From Octopus bimaculoides (taxonomy: Eukaryota): 64,000 nucleotides of DNA. The translations under genes were made by a program, and so were the position numbers. Below the pieces are notes generated by a model. The model saw nothing but the letters and a program-made list of their open reading frames with translations, had not been told where the DNA came from and did no database searches. Of this stretch, positions 38,440 through 53,807 are shown piece after piece. Every line of letters starts with the position of its first letter. The first letter of the stretch is position 1. The stretch covers positions 23,312,261 through 23,376,260 of the forward strand of contig NC_068983.1 of assembly GCF_001194135.2 (NCBI RefSeq), written 5' to 3'.

Positions 38440-39595
38440 TAGTCAGTCAGACCCATCTGGTATCTACATGATGGAAAGCATAATTGTTTTTCAGATGACA
38501 TTAATTTTTGAGAAATTAATGAGAGCTGGAGTTGAAAAAGTTGGAAGAACACAATGGCAGTTGTTGTGTGAATAGAAAAGGTGTAGGTAAAAGTGCAAGT
38601 TGGTATTTTGAGAGTGAACAGAACTGAAAATGTATAGACTGATGATGATAGAAATAGAGAAAATAGGAGATGGTAGAGGTTAACTATCCAAGATGGGTAA
38701 AAGTTGTTCATAAAAGAGATGAAAACAAGGGATTCCTCCTAAGGGAGTGCAGTAGCACTGATAGACTCATTGATAAAATTACCATGGAATTACGGCGAAC
38801 TGGACAAAAATCTGGGCCCTTAATGTGGTTCATGAAAAAGTTACCATCTTTAGTCCTCATCTTAGGATTAATGGTCATCTCTGGTTATTTTTAAAACTCA
38901 GTGGTGAAGGGGAAACAGTTGAGGGTAAAGAGGAATTTAATTAACTGGAGAAGAGTGGTAGCACTGGATTCAAACGAAGGCAGCACATCAAAGTGCTTAA
39001 CCCTTTAATATTCAGATTTCTCTGTCAAATGTAATACTTATTCATTCACACTGTTTTAAATTAATTATGCATTATCTTGTAGCTTCAAGATAATGATGAT
39101 GCGATTGTTTATTTTTTTAGAATGACATTGTAGGGTAGGTGTGAGAAGCCAGATCTGGCTGGTTCGAGCACGAAACAAGAATATTTGGGCTAGATATGGC
39201 CGGGTTAAATGCTAAAAGGGTTAAGGGCTCAGAGCTTGTTGTTGTAGAGTATGACAGTGTAAAGGGATTTTACATCCATGATGAAAAGAAGTCATGAAGA
39301 TTCAGGAAAGAAGGAAATGGAGTCGAGAAGGTTAAGTTCATGGCTGGTATCCTTAATGACAGCAGAACAGTGATTAACGAGTGGCAGGAGTTTATTAAGG
39401 TAGCAGGAGAGAAGTTCAACAAGACTACTACAGGGAAAGATGATGAAGTAACCAGGATAGCTGGGCCCACACACATTTGGAAGAAAATAGATCTTAGAAG
39501 TACAAAGTATGTTGATGAGATTCATAGCTGTAGGAGGAATTTCGGAAGAGATTAGCAAGTTAATAGTTTCGGGATAACATTGAGTAATCTGCAAA
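38440..39595 (-). mobile_element. Degenerate Penelope-like reverse transcriptase, interrupted by a piggyBac-like MITE (38997-39225)
   Basis: KIYFLP..., VIKDTSH, FIMDVKSLYTVI and FMNNFYPS motifs match the order of PLE RT motifs. Confidence 0.75.
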
Positions 39596-42500
39596 GCTGA
39601 AATATATAGATAAGATGACTTACAGAATATTTTATAATTTTGACAATACGATCTTCAAGCAGGTACAAAGTACAAGATGGTTAAGACTATATTGAAATTT
39701 AGAGGACAGAACAAAAACATATTCAGGAAAGAAGTCTAGGTTTGTGTAATTTCTAACTTTAGGTGATTGTCTTTCTTTTTAAATAACATTGTGTATCTAC
39801 CCTATTTACAAATGAAAAGATAGATGGGAAAAAAACTTTGATAACTGAAATAGTTTGTAGTTTATGACAAAGGATTCACTGTTAGCAGGACAATAAATAC
39901 TTGTGAAGAAGAGGAAGTCAACCACAGGGAACATTTTTCAATTAGCATTTGAATAAAGTATTAGATATAGAACTTGTCTCCATTCTTGTTTTTTTTTTGT
40001 GTAAGAGGGATCGCTTTTATACTCAACCTAGTTACAAAAATTGAGATGAAAGTACAAAATTATATTAATTATCACAGTTAAGATAATCAGACTTTTTTCA
40101 AGAGATAATCAAACTATTAAGATCATTTTAACATCCGTTAGTGACTTGAAAATATCTATGTCATGGTATATAACCACACCTGTCAATCTTGTATCAGCTG
40201 ATCTATCAGAAGTATAACATTTAAAAATTCAAGCACTTTTTTTTCCACTCATAATGTAGAAATCATTCATATATTGCATCTGTATGAAAACCAGCGACTT
40301 CTTGTATACATTAGCTGATGCTTTTAAATTCCGCTGAGGTTGACTTTGCCTTTCAGGGCTGATGAAATAAGTACCAGTCATGCACTAGGGTTAATGTACT
40401 TGACTAGTTCCCTCCATCTAAATTTCAGGCGTTGTACCTGTAGTAGAAAAGATTATTATTATAGGGAAACTGGCTGCACCAGTGATCATAATAGGTTCTC
40501 CCAGGTGAGATGACAGCAATTAATATAGTTTAAACTTTTGTAAGAAAAAACATGAATAGGCAAAAGTAAAAGAGTTTATTAGGTAGAAATGGTATGCAGC
40601 AGGATGCTAGCCATAAGGACAAAAGACATTACAGTAGCAGAAGACACAGTGACTAAACAATATATCAGTGGGCCATTGTTGGAGCATAATGTGAATATTT
40701 ATCAATCAGCCATTTGGCTTTTTTTCCAGTGTTGTTCAGAATGCTTGCATGTGTAGCAGGTCTGTTAGAGATAAATGAACAGTATTCTAGGGTGGGTGAT
40801 GATTGAACTTTGTAGAGCAATCAGACATTGCTCACGGTTTATCTTTTACTTTCAATCATTGGATTATAGTCATACTGGTGCACTGCCTTGAAGGGTTGAG
40901 TCAAACAAATCAACTCCTGAACTTAATTCTTTTTTAATTTTAAAGTCTTTGGTGCTTATTCTATCACTCTCTTGCTAAATTGCTAAGTTACAAGGTATAA
41001 ACAAACTGACACTGGCTGTCAAGGTGGTGTGTAGGTGTGTAAACACACATGATGTGCTTCCACAGTTTCTATCTGCCAAATTCACCCACAAAGCATTAGT
41101 CAGTCTGGGGTTATAGAAGAGCACATTTGTCTAAGGTGTTGCACAGTGGGATTGAAACTTGAAAGTACATGGTTGCAAAATTAACCTCTTAACCAACCAA
41201 CTAGACCTGCACCTTCTGAAGTACTTCTTCCACCCACTGAACAGGAATGGTATTCTTCAAAATGTAATGTTGGGAAAATTACAAGTGCTATGTCTACAAT
41301 GGGTCTTCAGAGATTGCAAAGTAAGAAATCAGCATCTGTGGCATTTTTGAGAGCTTTAGATGTGTTTTGTATACAAGTAAAGGAGATAGAGTGAAAGTTC
41401 TTTATGTGCGAGATGTTTAAAAATGAGGATGCATTTAACAGCAGTCCAAACAGTTTACAAAAACTGAAAGAAAAGCCTACTGCAGGTCCTGCCAAACAGA
41501 AGCTTCCTATCAACTGACACATATAAAAGGATAGAGGAGCTTTTGTTAATGTTTAAGCTCTGTATCAAACCCGTTTGATCAGATCTATTATAAAAATTTT
41601 TCCAAGCATGCTCCTCTTTTTATGTGTATGATGAATTACATTTTATAATGCACCCATCTTCAGTTTACAGTGGTAAAAAAAAAAAAAAAACTCGGTGTTT
41701 ATGCACAAGTAAATATGACTTGCCAGCAAATAGATTACTTTTGATAATTATTTTAGGCGGCATTGTATGAAGTTACAAACAGATTAATACATCTTCTGTC
41801 TTCCTAGACCATACAAAATGTGACAGCTGGAAGAAACAAGGCTACACTACCATTTGGCTGGTACTCATTTAATCTGAGCTGACGGGACCAATGTGAAATT
41901 AAGTATCTGGTTCAAGGACACAATTTGCCACTTGATACAGGGATTGAATCCACAACCTTCTGACTGTGAGCCCAACACTAACACTACGCTATTTACCTTT
42001 ACTAAAATGGTAGGGTGTGATAAAAAGGGTATTTAGCTGTTATTTCTAGCAAGAGGATTGATTGCATTGAGACTATCTCATTGCAATGACTAATCCACCA
42101 TAAAAACCACTGCCAAAGTTAATTAGGCAACCAAGCTAAGAGAATTACCTTTTTACATCTAGTAAGTTGCCTTGGTATCTGAGACCTCATTTCATGAGTG
42201 GTGGACTTACTGTTAATTATTCCTACATGGGTCACATTTGAAAATGTGGTTTTCTGTTAATCTGCTACAAGTCCCACATGATCATGTACCCATTACTTGT
42301 AGTAAAAACCACAATTTAAGACATCATGATGAAAACCTTTGAATTAATGAAAGTATTATTGTATCTTATAACAGAGTTAACTAAGTTCCAGAAAACTATT
42401 GCTATTTATATCAATATGAAAGAGGTCATCAGTTTCTACATTATGTAATCAAAATATTCCACTTGAGGAAGATTTGGCTTCAAGTTTCAGCAGACTGAAC

Positions 42501-43764
42501 GGCCATGCAGAAGCTGCCTTGGTTCATTGTAGTCTACTGTAATTATTATAACTGCTTAAACTCTAGCCTGTCATATCAAACATTTGTCACCAGCTGTGAC
42601 TAAACTGTTTTTTTTTTAAACAAAAAATAATGGAACATCAGAATAATTTCCCCTTTTGTTTTCTTTCAGCTGCTGCTAAATTAATTTTTGATTCTTTGTT
42701 TAGACATGTTATCTTTAAGTTGTTCAATTTATATATATACATACATATATCATTATCATTTAATGTTCATCTTTCATGCTGGCATGAATTAGATGGTCTA
42801 ACAGATACTGGCAAGGCAGGGGACTGCAGCAGGTTCCACTGTGTTTTGGTATGGTTTTTATAGCTGGATGCCCTTCCTAACACCAACCACTTGTGGATTT
42901 GAAAGAGAAATTACTATTAAAATTAGCAACTACGAAAAGAGTGGTACCATAAAAACCATACCAAATTAGACACTGGAGCATGGATCCTGTCAAACTGTCC
43001 AACCTATGCCAGCATGAAACATGGAGTTAAATGATGATGTATTACACAAGTTAACACACAATATGAGAGGTTAGAAAATTACTATTTTTAAATCTCACAA
43101 CGAGAGATATTCAGCAACTGTATACATAGATATTGTTTTGAGCTGAGTGGGGGTACTAGATTCCTTTGTTCAAAAATATAACACAGATCATGTAATATAG
43201 CCAGCTGGAGACGATGTCTCCTGGGGCTAAATTACAGCAACATTCGTCCTAAACCATGACTGCCATGTTATGTTGGCAAACTCTCTTTACTATAATATGA
43301 GAGCTGTCTGAAAAATACATTTCTTCACTGCACAAGTAATTTTGGTGGATTCAAAGCTGAAGTTATAAGATCCATGACAGAAATCATGTCATTGGATTTG
43401 CACATGGATATATCTAGAAGTGATGACAATAATGTCAGAATTAACTTACAAGATGTGCACTTCAATGAAAGACTTTTAGAGTTTAGAGCAGCAATGTACA
43501 AATGATGTGAATGGTGACCAGGACAAAACACGTTAAGCTAGGACACAAAGCAAAAAGATCGCAAAAAACTTTATGCTGTTTTTAGAATATTTGAAGATAG
43601 AAACCAAATAATAATAGATGCAGATCCATATGTAGAGAGACAGCGCTATGCAAGTCAGAAAAGTTGAACATGCATTCAATTGCTATAAGGTCATGCACAA
43701 AGAAAAGGAAGAAATATTGAAATATATAACCCTTTTACAATTAGGAGTGGAGGCACAATGGCCC

Positions 43765-44140
43765 AGTGGTTAGGGCAGCGGTCTCGCGGTCATAGGATTG
43801 TGGTTTCGATTCCCAGACCGGGCGTTGTGAGTGTTTATTGAGCGAAAACACCTAAAGCTCCACGAGGCTCCGACAGGGGATGGTAGTGAACCCTGCTGTA
43901 CCCTTTCACCACAACTTTCTCTCACTCTTACTTCCTGTTTCTGTTGTGCCTGTAATTCAAAGGGTCAGCCTTGTTACCCTGTGTCACGCTGAATATCCCC
44001 GAGAACTACGTTAAGGGTACACGTGTCTGTGGAGTGCTCAGCCACTTGCACATTAATTTCACGAGCAGGCTGTTCCATTGATCGGATCAACTGGAACCCT
44101 TGACGTCGTAAGCAACGGAGTGCCAACAACAACAACAATT
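43765..44140 (+). mobile_element. tRNA-derived SINE (second family) with a (CAA)n tail
   Basis: A box TGGCCCAGTGG, B box GGTTTCGATTCCC. Older copies near 16245-16500, 20250-20580 and 60830-61120. Confidence 0.85.
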
Positions 44141-46654
44141 AAGAAAATAAAAACATCTAATTTCATTTTGCATATACTGCTCATTGCAAAACCACTAAAA
44201 CAAAACTACATCCAATTCAGTTATTTTGTTCTTTACTTATGCTATTCATATCTTCTTCCCCACTACCCCAAAGTTTGGTTCCTTCTGAACTTTAACCTTT
44301 TCACATCAACTTGTCTGAAACCATCAGTTTTTCTGTGACACAAACTTCCTGTTTTAAAGGGATCTAAATTTAAAATTTCCTTTAAAACTCCATGTCAACC
44401 TATGTTCCAAACAAGGCAGTGAGCTGGCAGAATTATTAGCAGTCTAAACAAAATGCTTAGCAACATTTCATCTATTTTTTTAATGTTCCGAGTTAAAACT
44501 CTGCCAAGGTTGACTTTGCCTTTTATCCTTTCAGGGTCAGTAAAATAAGCAAGCACCAGTGGAGCACTAAGGGGTCGATGTAATCAATTTATGCTCCAAA
44601 CACTAGTTTAATAGCAAACTTATTTTACTAAGTTCTTCATTATTTTAAAAGTTAATTGAAATTAAAGTAGCATAGTTCAACAGAAATATAGTAACAAGAG
44701 TTAAATCTTAGTATGTTTTGATATCAATGCAAGTAGCATAGCAGACATATTCTACTGGGTGGTGCTTAATGTGTGTGTGTGTGTGTGTGCACACACACAT
44801 TACATATACATACATACATACATACATACATACATAGAGAAATAAATTTTATTAGAAAATTCTAATGAGGAAAACGTAAAAAGGTTATACTATTGCTTAA
44901 TGATTTGCGAGTCTCATTCATCAAAAGCATACTTATGTTCAAAAGGCTGAGAATTAATTTTTGAAAGCAATGCATAATACATTACAAATTAACAGTATTA
45001 CTTATCACAAAAGTGTAGAGAGCAAAATGACTGTTGTAAAGAGGTAGGGCAAGATTACTATTTCAAACTCTGGAATCTGAAGCATTCAATACTAGACAGA
45101 AGAAATAAAACATCATCTAAGAAATTATTACATTACGATATAATTACACCATAACAAACAGATGGTAGTTTAGAGCAAACCAAGCGCGCGCGCGCACACA
45201 CACACGTGCACACACGCGCACGCACGTGTACAAGGCCTAGAGTTTGCAGAGAGGGGTACTGGTCAATTACATTGACCTCACATGCTCAAATGGTATTTTA
45301 TTTTATTGATCACTAAAATGATGAAAGGGAAGTCAACCTTAGTGGAACTTGGATTCAGAACACAAAACCAAAAGAAATGCCACCAAGCATTTTGTCCAGC
45401 ATGTAATGATTCTCCCAGTTCACTGCCATATTGAGAGAGAGAATATTGAGTTGTTTATGAATATGCATGATGTTCCATTATAGATATGTACTTTGATGAA
45501 GGGTAAATCTATACAGGGTTCACAGTTGTACAGGACAGAAATATTTGTCTTCCGAGGAGATAAATTCACCATTAGAATTAGTTTCAATTACTAATAATTA
45601 TAGACAAGGATAAGGCGGCAAGCTGGTAAAATTGTTAGCATGCCAAGCAAGATGCTTAGTGGCATTTCATCTGCATTTATATTGAGTTCAAATTCTGCTG
45701 AGGTTCATTTCGCCTTTCAGAGTCAAAATTACCAGTTGAACACTGGGGTGCATGTAATCAACTGGCCCATATCCCCAAAATTGCTGCCTTGTGCCAAAAT
45801 TTGAAACCAATAATTATAGACAAGGATTGTGTGGAGTCAGGTGGCACCAGGAAGTATGCCATTAATGGAGCACATACACAACAACACATTCAAATATATT
45901 TCAGCATATACTAAGGCAATAAAATATAAAGAAAACAGAATAAAGGATCAACTCATCATAATTATTATGTTCATCCCTCTATGTGAGAGAGAGTTGGACA
46001 CAGGGTCGTGCACAACACTTTTAGAGATAGAGTTTTATACGCAGACACTCTTCCTCACACTAATTCTATTAGCTGTGTCTTACAACATGCAGGGATATGG
46101 CGTATTTGATTTAAAAATGGATTGGTGTATATGATTCTCTTTAAATGACGGGCAACAGAATAATAGAAAGGCAAATATGATGAACTAAGGCATGAAGCCA
46201 TCAAGCTTGAATGAATAAAGAACATTTAGTAAGAGCAGAAGATACATAGAGGACAAGGCACACAAAGTGGGTCAGTATGATTGAAATATTACTTAGTTTG
46301 ATTGTGTGTAATGAGAATGAATATATAAATAATATAGATTTCCTTACAAATTCCACAGTCAATATGTGGCGGGTCCCAATAGGAAAAAGAGTCAATGTAA
46401 AATTTCATCTTTAAGACAAAATTGAGAGATAAAGATTTTGCAACTCTCTCATAGTTTGTATAGTTAATAATATATCTTTTTTTTTATAACTGGTGGAAGT
46501 AATGATACAGGTCAAGCAATTATGTACAGCAATTTCATTGGTTCATCAGATTATTACCTATATCTGCAGTTACATGGTGACCAACTCAGTACTTTGCACA
46601 TATGCACAGTAACCAGCACAGCATCACACACAGTAACCAACAAAGTATCATACT

Positions 46655-46808
46655 TCATCATCATCGTTTAACGTCCGCTTTCCATGCTAGCATGGGTTGG
46701 ACGATTTGACTGAGGGCTGGTGGACCAGGAGGCGACACCAGGCTCCAATCTGATTTGGCCGAGTTTCTACAGCTGGATGCCCTTCCTAACGCCAACCACT
46801 CTGAGAGT
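46655..46808 (-). mobile_element. RTE 3' tail
   Basis: Reverse complement of the 10570-10717 tail. Confidence 0.8.
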
Positions 46809-48879
46809 ATGTGAAAGGCCAATAGTAGTAAAATATAAACCCAGTATTACAAAAGATATCAAAATATTTGCACTAATAAAACTAATAAAGCTAATTTACA
46901 ATTGGCTCCAAAAATAAAGTATTCTTATCGATTAAATTATATGGAACACCAAGATATAACATTTCTGAAAAGGAGCCAATAGAACTGTTACATGCTCTCT
47001 TGACCTACTAAAAATACTAATGGAATCTCAAATCAAACACTAATGTCTTAAAAATTGGAGGGAAACGTTTAAATAGAGATATACCTAAAAAAGACTGATT
47101 GGGATCAACCGGAGTCTAACCAACAGTGACTGAGTGTATGAAAACTGATTCAATATTTCCAGCAGGATTCAATAAAAAATATGTAATAAAGAGAGGAGGA
47201 GGTCTTGTTGAAGATCATTCTAAACATGATTTTCTTCAGTTGATTAGTAGCAGTCCTCTATTTTGGTCACAGTCTACTGTCTTTAGTCTACCTTAACCCT
47301 TTCACATTCGGATTATTCTGTCAAATGTAATGCTTATTTATTCACACTGTTTTGAATTAGTCATACATTCTCATAGCTATGAGATTTCAACATTGTGATT
47401 GTTTATGTTTAGAATGACATTGTAGGGTAGGTGTGAGGCCAGGTCTGGCAAGTTTGGCCACTAAAGAGGTAGAATATTTTGGCCGGATATGACTGGTTTA
47501 AATGCTCAAGGGTTATTAAGGAGTATCAATTCAAACCTAATCTTGCCACAATTCTAAAAGCATTTTATTAATTGTTTTGCTTTCATTTTTCTGTTGTGAT
47601 TCACTGCTTTCACTTCAATTAATTTTCAAAATACCAGAATAACTACCATTGTTGAGTTAGTTTTTTGGAATACAAATTAACATCGTCTTTGGATGGAAGG
47701 TTTTACTTTAGATCACTTTAACTCTTTTGATACCAACCTACCTGAGACTGCCTCAAGTTCAGTGGTTCTCAACCATAGTCCATATAAGATTTTGTGAGAG
47801 TCCACACAGTAAAATAATAAATTGAGGATTCACAATAGTATTTAGATGTATGTATTCTTTCTCTAACATTTTACATTGTTCAACCTACACAAGTTAATGT
47901 GTGCAAAACAAAATAGAAATTTTGAAAGAAGTATCTATAAAACTAGTTTTTAAACATTGATTGGCTATGGGGATCCACCAAAATAGAATAGTAATCAAAG
48001 GGGTCCCTAGATGAAAATGGTTAAGAACTCCTACACTAATCAGTCAAGTGACAAACTTCCTGTGATCTAAATTCAAACTTTCAATCAAAATTTCATGCTA
48101 ATTTATGTTCCAAACACCAGCTTAATAATGATTAAGTTATTTTACGAAGTTCTTCATTATTTTAAAAATTAATTGAAACATAGGCTGTGTACTTCAGCAG
48201 AAATATAGTAACAAAAGGATAAAAACATGGAATTTGTATAATACAACTTAGGGTAGTATGAAAAGGATTAAATGATTTTACATATTGAGATCTTGTTCAC
48301 CTGTACTGTTGATTTCATCTGAAGTGAAATCAATTTAGCTTCATTCTTATAAAAATAATAGTCATCAATAACCTTAAATGTATAATTAAGTCATGGAATA
48401 AATAAATGTTGCAGCTTTTTTCCATTATAATTATCAATAAAGGTCTTATGTAATATTTAATGCACGTTTACAACATCATTACTTTCCTAATCGAATGAGG
48501 GAGTTCCTATGTTAGTGAACCTGCTAGAAATAGCAGCCAAATTTCCCTCAAATCCCATCCGATTGTTTTATATGAAAACAGACTGATTATACAGAAGTCT
48601 TCAATGCTCCTAAAACGGTAGGATGGTTATGGTTGGAATGTCTAATTATGTCTGATCAAGGCTAATCTGGGAGCTAAGTAGGCACATCAGATAGGGCACC
48701 TTTTTTAAAATTTCATTTTCACTTCAAGTTACACAATCTTGTTCTTGGTTATTGAAATGGGAAAACAACATAAGGTTGTGGATTTAACTGAATACAGACA
48801 AGAACAAAATAAATAATTTTTTTCTAGCAAACAAAATTTGTCTTTAACAATTTTTGTCACCTAACTTAAAGCTTCTATG

Positions 48880-49680
48880 GCAGAGATTCTCAAATTTTTC
48901 TTCCCAAAAGCCCTTCATTTTGTCAAGTAGTGTTAGAGTACCCCTTGTGAAGAGGGTTTATAAAATGGCTGAATACTATAGAACAGACACATACCATTCA
49001 TTAATAAAGAATAAAAAGTTTTGAATGGTACAACAACTCACTATAATTCAAAAAATGAACTATATACCTGCTGTAATTTAGTTATCTATAGTCCGATGAT
49101 ATTTCGGAATACAATTCCTTCTTCAGATATTCTTAGATGGAGTCTCTGCTTTGATTTCATCTTTCTACAGTCAATAAAAGTATCAATCAAGTATGGGTCA
49201 GAATAATCAACTGTCCTGTCTCCAAATTTCTGGCAATGTATCTTAGGTATGAAACCAATTTCATTTAATTTAATGTTCCGTTGTAAAAGAAATAGATTAG
49301 TTTGGCTCTCAAACAAGTAACTAAATTCTTGACAGTTTTAGAGAAGCGCATACACATGCATTCTCAAATGACAGTCTTGCACGAAATTTGTTTTGGGTTA
49401 TGAACATTGCTCAACAGCCTTGTTCAAGATAAATGAATGAGAAGAGCAAAAGGCTCTCTACACATTTTTATAGTAATGATTACTTCAAAATTCCAGTGGT
49501 TTTACAAACCTTGTATGCCCCTGAAAAATTCTCTTTCAATTACAGAACCTCTATGGGGCTATCAATCTGATAGAGCTGATAAATATCCTGAAAATACATA
49601 CTCTAGTCTAAATATGCATATTGGTAGCCAGCCCATATTGGTAGCCAGCCCAAAGTACTTCTAAACAGATGGGTGGGTCC
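48880..49680 (-). mobile_element. hAT (Charlie-like) transposase C-terminal remnant
   Basis: 49321-49460 translates LLLFSFIYLEQGC*AMFITQNKFRARLSFE, like the hAT dimerisation motif LLPF.TTYLCEQGFS...KNKYR.RL. A TIR-like CAGAGATTCTCAAA lies near 48880. Confidence 0.6.
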
Positions 49681-49958
49681 TAACCGGAAAGCTTTTGATA
49701 ATAGGCTTGTTCTACTAGCGTTGAACCTACAGCTAAACAACAAATCAGTTTTCATCTATGTTTAGAACCCAATGTTTACATATTAAAATCCCTTCAATTA
49801 ATACCATGTACCAGTCTAAGAGACTAAAATAACTATAGACAGATACTACTCTACATACACAATTTTTTTTTTTTTTTCATGCAAAGCTCAACACTGCAGT
49901 CAGTCAGCTTAATGTATTGGACTCAAACCAGACTCAAACTCACAGCACCAATGTAAAC

Positions 49959-50272
49959 CAGAGGTTTTTAATCGGGGTCCACATAAGATTTGAGGAGGGC
50001 ACGCAACAAAATAGTGAATTGGGGAACCATAATAGTATTTTAAGAGCCCCTGAAAAAATTTTGCTTTAGATGTGTGTATTGGCATGTATTGCAAGAAATG
50101 GTTGTTCCTTTCTCAAACACTTTACATAGTTCAACCTACACAAGGCGTGAAAAAATATTTGGAAGAAGTTTCAATAAAACTAGTTCTTAAAACATTGAAT
50201 GGCTATGAGAGTCCACCAGAATAAAATAATAATCAAAGGGGTCCATGGATAAAAAATGGTTGAGAGCCCCTG
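49959..50272. mobile_element. hAT MITE with a perfect 8-bp TSD
   Basis: ATGTAAAC at 49951-49958 and 50273-50280; CAG...CTG ends. Confidence 0.85.
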
Positions 50273-53200
50273 ATGTAAACCCTCATTTCCAGCTATTATC
50301 ATTGCTCCAGTACAATATCATATATCTTACCTACCCATTATGTGGAAAGAAAGAATTTTTTTTTTTACCTTCTGTAAAAAGGCAGTTATAATTCTAAACC
50401 GCTCACATCCACTTAATACCCAAGAGTCTAACACCGCTTCAAGTATTCCCAGCACTAATTAGGTCGCATGTTTCAGATTCTATATAGCAACAGCCGAACA
50501 CATGTGCAACATAGTTGACTTGAGAGAATGGTAATCTACTCACAGTAGAAAGCAGGACTTTCTACAGGATTTAAGAAAATATATATACCGTTAGTATTTT
50601 ATTTAAGGGGTTTAACTTTGATAATGTTTCCATCTCTCTTAGAGAACAAAAAAAAAAAAGAAAGCATTGAGAGAAAAAAAATTCAGACTACATATAAATA
50701 CACTTAGATAATTAATTAATATATATACAGATAACAGAAGATGTGTGGGGGAAGACTATGGACTATTAAGTCTTAAAAAAAAAATAATAACTTGTCCGTA
50801 CATTCAGTTAGCTATCTTGAACAAAGAACAGATAAAAGCATTGGGGGCAATGTTCTATTTACTAGCTATTTCAGCGACAAAAAATATAAAAGATAAAATA
50901 TGCTGGTGTAGTTATTTGCAGTATTTGCCTGTCGGTTTCTAAATTCTATGTCACGACTGACCTCTGTAATTGGTTAACGTTTCCATTCACGCAAAAACGT
51001 CCTGACAAGAATTCTTATAAAAGCAAATATTCATGCATGCTTTTTCCTTTTAAAAAACAAATGAAACCAATAACTAAATTCCATCTAAACATGCATTTTT
51101 TTTTTTTTTTTGCTTCTAGCAAACTGCATCTTCTGCATTAACAGGAATTTTAATACTTTCAGAGAGAGGAAGGTGGCTCTGAGTGGACAGGTCTGAACAG
51201 GGAGGTGCCTTCAGTTAGAAAATGGCAACGAGGGTGGGATACTGTTATAAGAACTAAATTTGACAGTTAATGAATTGCTATCAACAGACGCGAAATCGTA
51301 CGTTAATCGTGCAGGATAAGCATTCGCCGGCATGGATCAACGTTCTGCCAAGTACTAACCTTGGAAATTTACTAAGTGACAATGAATCATGAATAGTAGT
51401 GGCATTGAGAATGGATGCTGATGTTTGTGCACCATGCAAATATCGTTCCGGAAAGTCCATGTATGATAGCTTTAAATTACATGGAGTTTCCCCGATACTT
51501 AAACGCCGATAGGTTTCCGAGAAATTCGAAGATCAACAGGATAATGAATCAAGCATTGGCTTCAGATCAATTTTTAGTCTGTTATGGAGCCAAACGGTTT
51601 GTCTCGCACAGATGACAAAACACAACACAGTATGCTTGTGTCTTGGATTAGATGACAGTCTACTCCGAGATATTACTGTGGATTCTTGTCCTGATAGTCA
51701 TGTCCTTAATTGTGCTCGTCTTGCTAATTTTGCCACTTTGTCGGCAAAGTAAATAAAGATTTCTAAATACGTAAGGTATCAACTGTATTTGTCAAATAGA
51801 TTTTGAAGCCACTATTTACAGTCCTTTAACAAAACCGTTTTTTGTCTGAATTTGGTTTAATATTTATTTAGGCAACCAAGAAACAGCGGCAAGACACATT
51901 ATTATTATTTACATATGTTATACAAGCTGTAAATATGTCAATCATAAACAGGGTGTAATTGTATATTGAAAACGTTTTATAAAAGACAGGAAACTGAAAA
52001 CATGTTTCGCTCCACAAAGCACAGGTACATTAATAAATAACACATGCACTAACTTGTAACTCAACCATCGTGGTAGGACTGAAAGCTGATACGCACAAGA
52101 GATAATAAAACAGAAACTATTTTTAAGGAGCACAAGCCATCGCTTTGTAGAGAATCGAAATACTTCTCCAGTTCATGATTTCCTAAAAGAGCATTAACCG
52201 AATAAATGAAGAGACTTCAATTAGGAATGGCACAAAGAAAAAAATAGTATAAATCTTTATATAATAAATCTAAAATTGGTGTTTCGGGGTTTCTTTAGGA
52301 TCGTTTGGAAGAAAGATCCTTTGCGAATGCCGTTCGCCTAAATTATAAAGTAAACGTATTCTAAAAATTCATTGGAAAGGTCTTTTAATGCAACAATTAT
52401 TCTATACATTATTTCGATGCAATTTATTTTTAGAAAGCATTTAATTTTTTTTTAATTTTTAAACCTATAAGAATTAAATAAAATGATAAAATTTCTTTAG
52501 ATATAGCAACATATTGTAAAGAGTGCAATTAGATGCAGTAGTTAACATAAAAACATCAATGGGAAGGTTTTTTTTCCTATTTACTACTCAATGTCGTCTA
52601 GGGCGCCAAATACGCCGGCACATTTTAAATTAGATGTTAGCACTAAGAATGCATCTTTGGTTTTTCTACTGATTACTAATTCAATCAATTAAATAATGAA
52701 TTGGATACATCTATTCTGTAGCTTTGAATGAATCAATAAGATTCATTAAAACTAATGATTATTCAATTGACAATATATAAGTATATTTCTGTGAAACATT
52801 CTTACATTTTAAGACAATTACTACTACGAACATTATTACTACGGCTAATACCATACTAGAAACTTTCATGCACATTTAGACAGATTCAGATTTATAATGA
52901 TCGAAAATACCGGAAAAAATTGCAAGCAATGCACCAGTTATAATTATAATTTAGGAGCACATTTACGCGTGCTTGATTAATTTTGAAAAAAAATTCAATG
53001 ATATAGAAGAATTAAAAAAATGTATTGCACTTCATTTGTTTTCTTTTTGAAGTGATGTAAACAAAATATGTTCTTATAAAATAGGAGGTGTTACATAGAA
53101 ATAAACAGTAGCATGAGGTTGATTTCATACATTTACATTTCTAGCTTTCGTAAGAATTCGTTTTTAAATGTTAACTTGATTGGAATAACAAAATATATTC

Positions 53201-53807
53201 ATTAAATTAAAAACGGAGTTTCTTGCAAACACTACTCCAGTAAATACCATGTAACGTAGATATTCTAAAAAACAACAAACAATTAGGATATCTAACTAAA
53301 TACCAAATATGGACTATATATTTGAAAGAATTAAGTGGATCAAAAATAATAATAAAATTAAATAATTTAAAGATACCAGAGGAGATGCTTATTTAGAAAA
53401 TATTAGACACGTTTCGGTGGGGGGAAAAATGTAATTTGAAATGAATGCAATTAGGAGAGAATGTAAAGAATGCAGGTTTATTATATAACAAACATTCTGT
53501 TTCCTCTTCCTAAACCGATTAAAATTAAGTATTGTTTGTTTATTTTAAATACAACATTCCTTAACAGTATGAAATAGACAAGAGGCACATGTTTCCATCC
53601 TAAATCGGTGTATCGTTACCGGTGTTGGTGCCTCGTGTAAATCTTTAATTAAACAATGCCGACACGGAATATACATTAAAAAAAAGTCTTACAAGTCGAT
53701 AATTAAAAAATACTGCTAAGAAGAAACCGCTAATGCAAACAGAGCTACGAAAGACTTCCAATAGTCAATTAATAACAACATGCATAGTATGTGTGCAGCT
53801 GACTTAC

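Noticed and set aside
43340-43505. ~55-codon open frame on the plus strand (GGFKAEVIRS...EFRAAMYK)
   Set aside because: No recognisable family, splice context or partner exons; probably an old transposon remnant.
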